Sequence record: OR062527
DNA length: 64,000 nt
DNA from: Escherichia phage vB_EcoM_11B_SA_NWU
Reading direction: 5' to 3' (one strand)
Part shown: one piece after another, positions 18,976 through 27,441 of the stretch
Layout: each line of letters opens with the position of its first letter
How positions within the stretch are numbered: position 1 is the stretch's first letter
Notes under the pieces: generated by a model
Databases searched by the model: none
What the model was told of the DNA's origin: nothing
The model's input: only the letters and a program-made list of their open reading frames with translations
Position numbers and translations under genes: made by a program

Positions 18976-19944
18976 TTATTTCAGAAGAGTAACCTCAGCG
19001 ATTTCTTCCCAACCGTTTTTGTCGGTCATAATAAAGTCAGCAAGATAAAGAGCAGTACGCAGTGAAACATTGCGTAAACGATTAACATTGACTTTCATCC
19101 ATGATAATGCTTTATAAGTTTCTTCATCAGAAAGACCGCGCTTTTGCATCATGTCAGTTGAAAGAATAACATCTTCAACCCTGACCATAATTTCTTCATT
19201 AGTGTGAACACCCAAATCCAAATAAACCGAGCGGGACACTAATGCTTGTAAATGTGGAGCAAGTTTAGTACCACGGTCTAATTCGCGGTCAATGTCAACG
19301 TTTGTGATAAAAACAATCGTTCCTTTAAATTCAAACTCACGCTCAATACCTTTTTCTTCTAAGTAAGAAGATGCAGTGCTCCAGCAGACTTTACGGGTCT
19401 CTCCAGTGTCCAGAGCAGCTTTTAGAAGATTAAGAATGTCCATATCAGAGAAAACATCCACATCATCAATCAAAAGGACAGAATTCTCTTCACGATTATT
19501 CCAAAGCTGCTCATAAAGACCAATACCAGAGATTTTACCATTAATGCTTTTATATTCAATGTATCCAATATCATTTGCTTTATTTAAAGCTTTATCTAAA
19601 GAATATGTTTTACCAATACCTGCCGCACCAGAGATAATTAATGAACGAATGTTTCCGTTAATAATACCATTCGTCATCATTCCCATAACATTAAATCTTT
19701 TATTAATGCGGGTTTTCATATCTTCATATGATTCTTTAACTTCTTCAACTTTTACACCATCATATGAAATATCTGACTTGTAAACCCAAACACCGCGACG
19801 TTTACCGTCAATTTCAACAAAAACTTTACCATCTCCTTGTGCATCTACCGGAGCATTATCTGGGAACCATTCGCCTAAGAGCTCAAAAGTTCCAGAGATT
19901 TCTTTACCGAAGTAGATACCCTTATTGATAGTTACAGTTTTCAT
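18976..19944 (-). CDS. AAA+/P-loop ATPase
   Basis: Walker A SGAAGIGKT and Walker B VLLIDDVD; start placed at MKTVTINKG after conserved GAGAATAAAATG leader. Confidence 0.6.
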   Translation of the reverse strand: MKTVTINKGIYFGKEISGTFELLGEWFPDNAPVDAQGDGKVFVEIDGKRRGVWVYKSDISYDGVKVEEVKESYEDMKTRINKRFNVMGMMTNGIINGNIRSLIISGAAGIGKTYSLDKALNKANDIGYIEYKSINGKISGIGLYEQLWNNREENSVLLIDDVDVFSDMDILNLLKAALDTGETRKVCWSTASSYLEEKGIEREFEFKGTIVFITNVDIDRELDRGTKLAPHLQALVSRSVYLDLGVHTNEEIMVRVEDVILSTDMMQKRGLSDEETYKALSWMKVNVNRLRNVSLRTALYLADFIMTDKNGWEEIAEVTLLK

Positions 19945-19980
19945 TTTATTCTCCAATTTCACATTTGTTTTGATAGGGTA

Positions 19981-20010
19981 ATAGTATCACACTACTACCC
20001 TACTGTAAAC
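19981..20010 (-). promoter_or_regulatory. T4-type early promoter with conserved leader
   Basis: GTTTAC and TACTAT on minus strand, same repeat family. Confidence 0.5.
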
Positions 20011-20013
20011 AAT

Positions 20014-20277
20014 TTATTTTATTGTTCGCCAAATTTTTACTGCTTCACGACGAGATACTTCTATAGCTCCAAGTTCTACAGCTTTTTGGCGTCGTCGAGC
20101 ATGTAAGTCATAATGTTTAATGCGTTTATCTTGAAACCAAGAACGTTTCATTCCTATTGCTTCTGCTATTTCATGGAGCTCTTCAATATCTCCATCAGTG
20201 AACATATGACAATTTTTAGTTGGATGACCGCGAAGTTTCCATCCATGATTCATTAAAACATCTACGTAAACTGTCAT
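20014..20277 (-). CDS. small conserved protein (tentatively DUF4031-like)
   Basis: 87 aa, MTVYVDVLMNHGWKLRGHPT...HYDLHARRR; domain assignment from memory only. Confidence 0.45.
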   Translation of the reverse strand: MTVYVDVLMNHGWKLRGHPTKNCHMFTDGDIEELHEIAEAIGMKRSWFQDKRIKHYDLHARRRQKAVELGAIEVSRREAVKIWRTIK

Positions 20278-20424
20278 TGATTCTGCTCCAAATATGTTTC
20301 TATAATTTTCTGGGCGAGATAAACTGCGTTATCTTCAGTTGCATCTTCTAAGAAACTTTCAAAACACTCTGAAATTTCTTCTGTGTCAATCAACTTTTTT
20401 ACTTCAATTGGTGTAATTTTCATT
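20278..20424 (-). CDS. hypothetical small acidic protein (~48 aa)
   Basis: Hand-translated ORF MKITPIEVKKLIDTEE... after a -10-like element. Confidence 0.25.
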
Positions 20425-20488
20425 TTGTTTTCCGTTTATGTGTTTGTTTTGATAGTTGTATAGTACCATAAAATTTTGAAATAAAAAA

Positions 20489-20506
20489 GGGAGCCCGAAG
20501 GCTCCC
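20489..20506 (-). terminator. UUCG-loop hairpin ending the nucleotidyltransferase operon
   Basis: gggagcccgaaggctccc palindrome directly downstream of the 20509 stop. Confidence 0.5.
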
Positions 20507-20508
20507 TA

Positions 20509-21522
20509 TCATTTATAATAACTTCGATGGTTTTCAAGATAGACCTTCTCAAGGAAGTCATCCCAGAAACCCATGTCTACTTTTTGTTGCATACCGTTCT
20601 TAGAAGCTTCAGTAGATGCTGCTTCTACTTGATCGACCACATCTTCCAAAAACTCTTGAACTGTTTTAAATGGATGTTTACCCAACTTCACGTCGAGAAT
20701 AAATGGAGCATCTTTGAGTGGATAGACCAAGTCGCCAGTTTTGTAAATTTCCAATAGTTGAAGTCCACCACGACAAGCATGACTCAGAGCTTTCCAGTCA
20801 ATGCCTTCATTCGCTTCAGCCTTACGAGCACGTTCGCCGTATTCAGCATCTAATTTGTTCAGTGACTGCTTAAGCTCAATAATAGAAAGCGTTGTCTGAT
20901 ATTTACGACCCAACACAGTGTAGAACGTTTGTGGACCTGTTTTCTCATGATTATGGAATACCCATTCACAGAATTCATTCTCTGGAAGACGATGCTTAAT
21001 ATCTTCAACCTTGGTACGACGCAAGTGGTCTGGAATACCTTCTTGATAGTCAACCCATTGCTCAGGGATTTGATTAACTACTTTCAATACATCGCGTAAT
21101 GCTGCCAAACGAGAACCCTTGACACCGTATTTAGAAGCTTGCTTGCGAACATATCCTAAATAGGATTTCATATTAGTCGTATAGAAACGAGAGCGGTTGT
21201 CTTGAATAAACTTCCACACATCAGGCAAATCAGATTTAACCACTAGTTCAGGTGGAGTGTGAAGCATATCCAATGCTACAGTTTCACCATCTGCTGCTAA
21301 TTTAAAGAAATACTTAAGACTGTATAGTTCATGGTCAATATCATCTTTAGTGTTTTTAGATGATGTGTTGTTGGTGTTTTTACTCATGTGCTCTTTGACA
21401 TTTCCGATAAGAATATCGCGAGCAGGAGGAACAAAGATTTCTTTAAAATCTACATCAGATTCTGGGGTAGAAGTTCCATAAAGATGACTACCAAAATAGC
21501 TTTTCATTACTGTTTTCATCAT
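20509..21522 (-). CDS. Pol-beta-superfamily nucleotidyltransferase
   Basis: N-terminal YFGSHLYGTSTPESDVDF (GS-x-G...DxD signature), later acidic DIDHE, long helical C-terminal domain. Confidence 0.6.
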   Translation of the reverse strand: MMKTVMKSYFGSHLYGTSTPESDVDFKEIFVPPARDILIGNVKEHMSKNTNNTSSKNTKDDIDHELYSLKYFFKLAADGETVALDMLHTPPELVVKSDLPDVWKFIQDNRSRFYTTNMKSYLGYVRKQASKYGVKGSRLAALRDVLKVVNQIPEQWVDYQEGIPDHLRRTKVEDIKHRLPENEFCEWVFHNHEKTGPQTFYTVLGRKYQTTLSIIELKQSLNKLDAEYGERARKAEANEGIDWKALSHACRGGLQLLEIYKTGDLVYPLKDAPFILDVKLGKHPFKTVQEFLEDVVDQVEAASTEASKNGMQQKVDMGFWDDFLEKVYLENHRSYYK

Positions 21523-21980
21523 TCAGCCTTATATTCAATAACAGGACATACTTTAGCTTTACGAGCTTTTAAAAATTCAACGATAACCGATTTCTTGGGT
21601 TGAATAGGAGGTAAACCTTTATTTTTCCTATCAATGTTTTCTACGTGTAAAGCATAATCCTTTTTCCATTTATAATCTTTATATTTTTCACGCAAATGTA
21701 CAGGAATAACAAATAAACCAATAATAAGTAAAACAACCAAAAGCGCAAGTATAAATGCCGATGGAAGAAGAGTCCATAAACTACCGAAAATAAGCCAACG
21801 CTGTAGGCTTTCTGTACAAATAATTGTTAGCCCTACGAGTATAGCACATCCAAAAATAGAAACGAAAAATGTAGGAATAGCAATAGACCAAAAATATGCG
21901 CATAGTGTCTTAGGTCGTTGCCATTCATCGTTAAACAATTTGAATAATTTATAGTGCCAAGAGTTTTCATTAATAATCAT
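21519..21980 (-). CDS. multi-pass membrane protein
   Basis: 153 aa with three hydrophobic segments. Confidence 0.5.
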   Translation of the reverse strand: MIINENSWHYKLFKLFNDEWQRPKTLCAYFWSIAIPTFFVSIFGCAILVGLTIICTESLQRWLIFGSLWTLLPSAFILALLVVLLIIGLFVIPVHLREKYKDYKWKKDYALHVENIDRKNKGLPPIQPKKSVIVEFLKARKAKVCPVIEYKAE

Positions 21981-21982
21981 AA

Positions 21983-22504
21983 TTATCCTTTCATTGAAGG
22001 CGTAACGGTTGTTAAATATTTAATCATAGCTTCAGCTTCTGATTTTGATAATGAAATTTCTTCATTGTTTTGACGAATAGAAATAAAATCCGGATGACGG
22101 TCACCACCAGCTTTTAAAACACACATATAAGTATCAACTTCGCCTTCAATATTTGAAATGATTGAAGCAGTTCCACATGAATGCGGTTTTTGATAAATCA
22201 ATACAGCTTTTCTTCCACCGTTTGATTGTTCATAGGCTTTTAATACATCAAGCAAATCAGTTCTTTTATCAATAGCTAAAATGTTATTTTCATCTTCAAT
22301 GTTAAATCCTTCGGATACTTCATAAAGCGTTACCCATAAATCACCAATGTCAATAACAGCATTTACTTTTCCACGGCTTTCAAGAGTATGACAAATTTTC
22401 TTGATTTCGTCATAACTCATTTTAATAATATCATCTCCTTGACTAAGAAAGATGTCATTTTTAAATTCAACACGAATTAAACCACTTCCACTTGAAATAA
22501 ACAT
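21983..22504 (-). CDS. hypothetical protein (tandem paralog A)
   Basis: 173 aa; C-terminus SKSEAEAMIKYLTTVTPSMKG resembles neighbour. Confidence 0.5.
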   Translation of the reverse strand: MFISSGSGLIRVEFKNDIFLSQGDDIIKMSYDEIKKICHTLESRGKVNAVIDIGDLWVTLYEVSEGFNIEDENNILAIDKRTDLLDVLKAYEQSNGGRKAVLIYQKPHSCGTASIISNIEGEVDTYMCVLKAGGDRHPDFISIRQNNEEISLSKSEAEAMIKYLTTVTPSMKG

Positions 22505-22510
22505 ATTTCC

Positions 22511-23065
22511 TCACTTTGAAATCATAGTTGGAATGACAGAATCAAGATAAGTCTTTAGCGCAATAGCTTCGTCTTTGGTAAATGTGACAATATGCGATCG
22601 AAAATCATCAATTTGACGAATAGTTAAGACATCACCATCTTCATAGCATTTTGATACGTTTAAAACAGTTTCATCATTCTGATTGCGAGCGTTAATAATA
22701 ATAGCATTGCAATTTTTGAGCCATTTTAAACTATGTTTTCTTTCATTAGAATAATAAAAATATTTAATCTTATCTATAAAACTATCCCAATGGATAACTG
22801 ATAAACACATTGACTCACTTTTAATATTAAATCCTGGGCATGAAGAATAAAAATGAATTTTGTGCTCATCATTGATGCTTACTATTTTATCAGTATAAGG
22901 ATATTCAATTTGGGTTAAATGAATGATTTCACTAGGCGTAAAATATAGCATATCGTCTTCTTGTGTCAAACGATACATATTATTTACTTTTTCTATAGCT
23001 AATTCACCAAAAAGCGGACTAACTTCTAATACTAATCGTTTCATATTAATCCTTTTTATTGGCAT
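22511..23065 (-). CDS. hypothetical protein (tandem paralog B)
   Basis: 184 aa; C-terminus FTKDEAIALKTYLDSVIPTMISK resembles neighbour. Confidence 0.5.
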   Translation of the reverse strand: MPIKRINMKRLVLEVSPLFGELAIEKVNNMYRLTQEDDMLYFTPSEIIHLTQIEYPYTDKIVSINDEHKIHFYSSCPGFNIKSESMCLSVIHWDSFIDKIKYFYYSNERKHSLKWLKNCNAIIINARNQNDETVLNVSKCYEDGDVLTIRQIDDFRSHIVTFTKDEAIALKTYLDSVIPTMISK

Positions 23066-23324
23066 GAATTTTTTCTAAAATTTTAGAGTATTCCTTTGTA
23101 TCAGATTTACGTACAATTGATACGCTATAAGGCATACTATCAGTGTCTTTTATAAAGCGTTCCAAATGACACTCTAACAAAATTTCTGGGTTATAAATCG
23201 TGTACATCAAATTACCTGTTGCTCCACGATATTGACAGATTTCTACTGATTGAGCATCATTCCACAATTTTGTTAAGACTAAATCACCTACTTCTAATTT
23301 AGGAAAGCCCATGTTATTCACCAA
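23046..23324 (-). CDS. hypothetical protein
   Basis: 92-aa ORF. Confidence 0.4.
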   Translation of the reverse strand: MVNNMGFPKLEVGDLVLTKLWNDAQSVEICQYRGATGNLMYTIYNPEILLECHLERFIKDTDSMPYSVSIVRKSDTKEYSKILEKIHANKKD

Positions 23325-23499
23325 TTAAAGTTTCAATATAAGAATCAAGATTTACTTTAGCTTCTTCCATAAGAGTTTTGTATTTAATCTTGTTGGCATG
23401 TCCGGAGAAAGCTGATTCATCAATAATTGTTGATGTATGAACAGCTTTACTATAAGTCTCAATTAATTCTCTTAATTTAAAAGCCTGCTCACTTGTCAT
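23314..23499 (-). CDS. small acidic helical protein (family member)
   Basis: 61 aa, MTSEQAFKLRELIETY. Confidence 0.4.
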   Translation of the reverse strand: MTSEQAFKLRELIETYSKAVHTSTIIDESAFSGHANKIKYKTLMEEAKVNLDSYIETLIGE

Positions 23500-23631
23500 T
23501 ACATACTCCTTTGAATAATATCAATAATGTTGTTCACCAGATTATAAGTAAACATTGGGTAATTATATTGAATCATCACATACACAACAAACAAAACTTT
23601 CATTCTCTTCTCCTTGGCAGTTGACAAGATT

Positions 23632-23661
23632 ACTATACCATAACCTTGCCAACTTGTAAAC
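23632..23661 (-). promoter_or_regulatory. T4-type early promoter
   Basis: Minus strand GTTTAC-N18-TATAGT. Confidence 0.45.
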
Positions 23662-23663
23662 CG

Positions 23664-23837
23664 TTAAATGTTGTTTTCAATAAAATTTTGAAGCTTTGTG
23701 TGAGCATCAACCATGATTTTCATTTCTTCTTTGGCGAAAGCTGTACCTCTTTCCCGAGCAGAATACTCATAGTCAGAAACTGCATTAGCATATTCTTCAA
23801 TTAGCTTCATTAAAAACATCTGCTTTTCAGTTTTCAT
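23664..23837 (-). CDS. small acidic helical protein (57 aa)
   Basis: Hand-translated ORF MKTEKQMFLMKLIEEYANAV... Confidence 0.3.
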   Translation of the reverse strand: MKTEKQMFLMKLIEEYANAVSDYEYSARERGTAFAKEEMKIMVDAHTKLQNFIENNI

Positions 23838-24021
23838 TATTCCACCTAATCATTTCAAGATATTGAACTAACTTAGCTTTAGATTTATCCAAATCCCTTT
23901 TAGCTGTTTCTATACCATCGTATGAATATCCTTCGCAATGCTCAACTGCTAATTGGTATGAATCTATTTCAATATCACGTGCTAATTTAATGATTTTTTC
24001 AAACTGTTCACGTGTCAGCAT
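23827..24021 (-). CDS. small acidic helical protein (family member)
   Basis: 64 aa, MLTREQFEKIIKLARD. Confidence 0.4.
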   Translation of the reverse strand: MLTREQFEKIIKLARDIEIDSYQLAVEHCEGYSYDGIETAKRDLDKSKAKLVQYLEMIRWNNEN

Positions 24022-24023
24022 AC

Positions 24024-24227
24024 TTAAACTCTCGTATTATGATCGATAATTTCATCAAGAAACATATCTAAAGCTTCTACAGCATTATCAACTTTATCTT
24101 CAAGTTCATCAATACCTTTATTCGCAATACCTGACGAAAACCAAGCAAAGTCGCTAAGTTCCTCATCTGCTTTACGAATTAAAGCTACCAATTCTTTAAT
24201 CTTATCCGCTTGTTCTACACTAATCAT
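24024..24227 (-). CDS. small acidic helical protein
   Basis: Start at internal [13 protein letters not shown]. Confidence 0.35.
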   Translation of the reverse strand: MISVEQADKIKELVALIRKADEELSDFAWFSSGIANKGIDELEDKVDNAVEALDMFLDEIIDHNTRV

Positions 24228-24415
24228 TATTCCACCACATATGAAAGAGAGAATATTGCACACGCCATGTGAGTTGCAGCTTCATCACACATGTTATAAC
24301 GTTTCTTAAGAAATTCTACAAGTTCTTCACTAGTAATTTCATCCATGTCGACGAAAAAATCGCCATTAATGATGACAAAAATATTTCCTTCTTGATTGAG
24401 TGCTTCAATTTTCAT
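24227..24415 (-). CDS. small hypothetical protein
   Basis: Start at [10 protein letters not shown] after conserved promoter-leader. Confidence 0.4.
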   Translation of the reverse strand: MKIEALNQEGNIFVIINGDFFVDMDEITSEELVEFLKKRYNMCDEAATHMACAIFSLSYVVE

Positions 24416-24443
24416 GATGTTCTCCTCTTTATCTGATAGTTGT

Positions 24444-24473
24444 ATAGTACCACAGCTCAAACGGAAAGTAAAC
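24444..24473 (-). promoter_or_regulatory. T4-type early promoter with conserved leader
   Basis: GTTTAC...GTGGTACTATACAACTATCAGATAAAGAGGAGAACATCATG on minus strand. Confidence 0.5.
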
Positions 24474-24489
24474 CGGTAAAATGAAAAAA

Positions 24490-24505
24490 GTCTCCCGAAG
24501 GAGAC
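24490..24505 (-). terminator. UUCG-loop hairpin
   Basis: gtctcccgaaggagac palindrome. Confidence 0.45.
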
Positions 24506-24510
24506 TAATG

Positions 24511-24897
24511 TTATTCGAGGGAAAGAAGATATTTGCTCTGGTAAAACATCCCAGTAATATCATCTATCGTGCTTTGAATGGCCGGAGGCATTTCTTTATA
24601 AATGCTGTTAGATTGGTCTAGTATGTGATCAATCATTTTAATTGTGTCGGTAGGAAGTTTACTGGCATCTGGAATAGAAGGCGTGTATTTTCTACCAGAA
24701 TACCCCAAATATTGCTCACCAAATTTGTCAATCAAATCTGGCAACTCAGAAAAAATAAAATCGTATGCTTTGTGTCTGGCATAACTTTTAGTTTCAAAAT
24801 GTGCAGAATGAAAATAAGCTTGTGCAGCCATTAATAAACCTAAGTATTCATCTGCCTTCGAAGGTTTTCCACTTTGTGAAAAGTCGCTGAATTTCAT
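24511..24897 (-). CDS. hypothetical protein
   Basis: 128 aa, next to rI. Confidence 0.5.
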   Translation of the reverse strand: MKFSDFSQSGKPSKADEYLGLLMAAQAYFHSAHFETKSYARHKAYDFIFSELPDLIDKFGEQYLGYSGRKYTPSIPDASKLPTDTIKMIDHILDQSNSIYKEMPPAIQSTIDDITGMFYQSKYLLSLE

Positions 24898-25187
24898 TCA
24901 GTCTCCAATTTAATGTTCATAATTCTAGCGTATGATTGTGCCATCTCCGCACCTCGTTCTATACATTCAAAATCAGAAGAGCACGGGTCATTTTTATAGG
25001 TCGTTCTCATAAAACTATAGAATTGTTCAGACGATTCTACGCTTTTATTTTCAAAAAGCATATAAACATGTCTAATACCAGATTCCATAAATTTATCAAA
25101 ATGAGGATCGACATTCGCTTCAATTGGTGGAGATAAAGCAAACGCTAATCCTAGCATGGCAAATAGTGCCGTTGCTTTTAAGGCCAT
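24894..25187 (-). CDS. rI: Lysis-inhibition regulator RI (signal-anchored periplasmic protein)
   Basis: 97 aa; MALKATALFAMLGLAFALSPPIEANVDPHFDKF. Confidence 0.85.
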   Translation of the reverse strand: MALKATALFAMLGLAFALSPPIEANVDPHFDKFMESGIRHVYMLFENKSVESSEQFYSFMRTTYKNDPCSSDFECIERGAEMAQSYARIMNIKLETE

Positions 25188-25199
25188 AAAGGCCTCCTA

Positions 25200-25412
25200 T
25201 CATTTTTGTCCTGTATTTACTTTATGCCGATGCACGGCCTTAACTTTATCAAGGTATTTTTCAAAATTTCGCAATCTGGTATAGTCTGCCGGAGATTGGT
25301 TGAGTGATACTTCTCGACGCAAAGCTGAAATGATATTTCCAACTTCTCTACGAATTTCATCTAATTGAAGCACAGTAAGATTGCGAAGTTGCTTTTCAGT
25401 TAATTGTAGCAT
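25200..25412 (-). CDS. hypothetical protein
   Basis: 70-aa basic ORF between rI and tk. Confidence 0.45.
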
Positions 25413-25454
25413 ATATACCCCTTTAGTTAGATAAACCTATTTATAACTTTTGCA

Positions 25455-26036
25455 CTAACCGAGCTTTTTAGTTAATTCATTCCAATGTTTTCTGCACAAA
25501 GAAACATAAATTTCATCACCAATACAGATTTGATTACCTTCTTTAACTGGTGTTCCATCTTCCATTAATCGAGCTGTCATAATCGCTTTTTTGCCGCAAT
25601 GACAAACTGCCTTTAGTTCAATAAGTTTATCTGCAATCGCTAAAAGTTCTTTAGAACCTTCGAATAATTTTCCAGCGAAATCAGTTCTTAATCCATAAGC
25701 CATAACAGGAACATTATATGTATCAACAATTCGGCTTAATTGGTGCACCTGTTCAGTTTTTAAAAACTGAGCTTCATCCACAAATACGCAATGAATATCT
25801 TTTTGTGCTTCAGCCCATTTATAGAACTCGAAAATATCCATATCATCTGTAATAATATTCGCTTCCTGCTTAATTCCAATGCGAGAAACGACTTCACAGA
25901 CAGAATCGCGAGTATCAATAGCAGGCTTAAGAACTAATACACCCATTCCACGTTCTTTATAATTATGCGCAGCAGTCAAAAGAGAAGCAGATTTTCCAGC
26001 ATTCATTGCTGCATAAGTAAAAATTAAACTCGCCAT
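25455..26036 (-). CDS. tk: Thymidine kinase
   Basis: 193 aa; P-loop AAMNAGKSASL; C-terminal zinc cysteines. Confidence 0.9.
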   Translation of the reverse strand: MASLIFTYAAMNAGKSASLLTAAHNYKERGMGVLVLKPAIDTRDSVCEVVSRIGIKQEANIITDDMDIFEFYKWAEAQKDIHCVFVDEAQFLKTEQVHQLSRIVDTYNVPVMAYGLRTDFAGKLFEGSKELLAIADKLIELKAVCHCGKKAIMTARLMEDGTPVKEGNQICIGDEIYVSLCRKHWNELTKKLG

Positions 26037-26037
26037 C

Positions 26038-26226
26038 TTAGTCCTTAGTTAAATTTTCTAAATATGTTTCTAAATCATTTTCAGCTTTATCGATAGATTT
26101 TACTAATTCGTAATATGTTTCGGCATCTCCATAATCTGAAGCCGCTTCAAAAGATAAATCTCGTTCTAAACTAATAATTTCACCAACTAAAAATAATATT
26201 TCATTCTTTTCTTCGCGAGTAATCAT
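26038..26226 (-). CDS. small acidic helical protein (family member)
   Basis: 62 aa, MITREEKNEILFLVGEI. Confidence 0.4.
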   Translation of the reverse strand: MITREEKNEILFLVGEIISLERDLSFEAASDYGDAETYYELVKSIDKAENDLETYLENLTKD

Positions 26227-26408
26227 AAGGAATTTATATAATCAATAAGTTCTTGTTCTTTATTATCGAATTCTTTAGAAAGTTCTTCGTACTCGTTTGC
26301 ACTAAAAGGACCGCATTCATTACAAACTTTTTCCAATTCACTATTTTTATCCATAACTTCGTGGATAAGAGAAAAGAGTTTGTCTTTTTGTTCTTTACTT
26401 AGGCTCAT
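26223..26408 (-). CDS. small acidic helical protein (family member)
   Basis: 61 aa, MSLSKEQKDKLFSLIHEV. Confidence 0.4.
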   Translation of the reverse strand: MSLSKEQKDKLFSLIHEVMDKNSELEKVCNECGPFSANEYEELSKEFDNKEQELIDYINSL

Positions 26409-26574
26409 ATATTAATTTCCAGAAGTTTTAAAATAATTCGCTTTTGCTTAAATATTTCCATAGTTAAATGATCAGTATCTTTTTGACCAATTCCAATGGC
26501 AAAACCTTTATTAGCAGCGAGTTCAATTAAATTATCAAGTTCACGTGACACTTCATATTGTAACTCAGAACTAT

Positions 26575-26802
26575 TCATTTCGGTTTTCCTTCTTTAACGA
26601 AATCTGGATAAGGATAAAATCCTGAATAAAATCCTTCACCTTTATGATTGATGCATCCTTTATTAGAACAATAGCACCAATAATCAAAATCACAAGTCAT
26701 TTCATCATTACATAAAGCAAAGACAACTGGCCATTCACACTTTTCACAATGGACATTTTTAAGAATACTAGTTTGGCTCATAACCATGTAACCTTTAAGC
26801 AA
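26575..26802 (-). CDS. small cysteine-rich protein
   Basis: 75 aa with nine Cys (CEKCEW, CNDEMTCDF, CYCSNKGC). Confidence 0.45.
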   Translation of the reverse strand: MLKGYMVMSQTSILKNVHCEKCEWPVVFALCNDEMTCDFDYWCYCSNKGCINHKGEGFYSGFYPYPDFVKEGKPK

Positions 26803-26990
26803 TATTCTTCTACGTGCTGTTTACGACCTTTCTTATCAATAAAGGTATATTCAACGAATGTTCCAATGTAGTCTTTATCTACATCATGTGGACTATTAAT
26901 TGGGCATTTAGTACGGCAAATGCGTTCCCATTGACGAATAATTACTGCTTTGTTTTTAGGATCAAACGGATGCGGGTAATGTACTTTCAT
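26778..26990 (-). CDS. hypothetical protein
   Basis: 70-aa ORF. Confidence 0.4.
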   Translation of the reverse strand: MKVHYPHPFDPKNKAVIIRQWERICRTKCPINSPHDVDKDYIGTFVEYTFIDKKGRKQHVEEYCLKVTWL

Positions 26991-27441
26991 AATCCACCAC
27001 TATTAAATCAATATCAGGAGTAAACATGTCAATTAATTTAGAAACCTTATCCCAATCACCGCCAGCAATACCACAACCTATGCGTGGAATGTAAATTACT
27101 GGTTTAAACAAAAGGGTTTCTGCCTGTAGATTTAATTCTATCATACAGTTTACTAAAGCACCATAATCAAGATTAGGACCCGGTTCGTATTGCGTATACA
27201 AATTATAGCACATACTAAATCCTGTAGGATTATGTTTAAAAACAATAGACATATCGCCTAATTTATCACGAGAACCGTATTCGGTTGTGGTCTTATCTAT
27301 TTCTAAAATTTTAGGATAGGCCCTTGCTAATTGACCAGCTACGCCGCTGCCCATCGTATGAAAACAATTACACCCGTGCGCAATAATATTACCTTCAAGA
27401 AAGAGGGCGACAATATCGCCCTTGATATATTTTACAATCAT
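26962..27441 (-). CDS. Macro-domain-like protein (putative ADP-ribose binding/processing)
   Basis: IAHGCNCFHTMGSGVAGQL and C-terminal IPRIGCGIAGGDW resemble the two glycine-rich macro motifs. Confidence 0.5.
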   Translation of the reverse strand: MIVKYIKGDIVALFLEGNIIAHGCNCFHTMGSGVAGQLARAYPKILEIDKTTTEYGSRDKLGDMSIVFKHNPTGFSMCYNLYTQYEPGPNLDYGALVNCMIELNLQAETLLFKPVIYIPRIGCGIAGGDWDKVSKLIDMFTPDIDLIVVDYESTLPASV

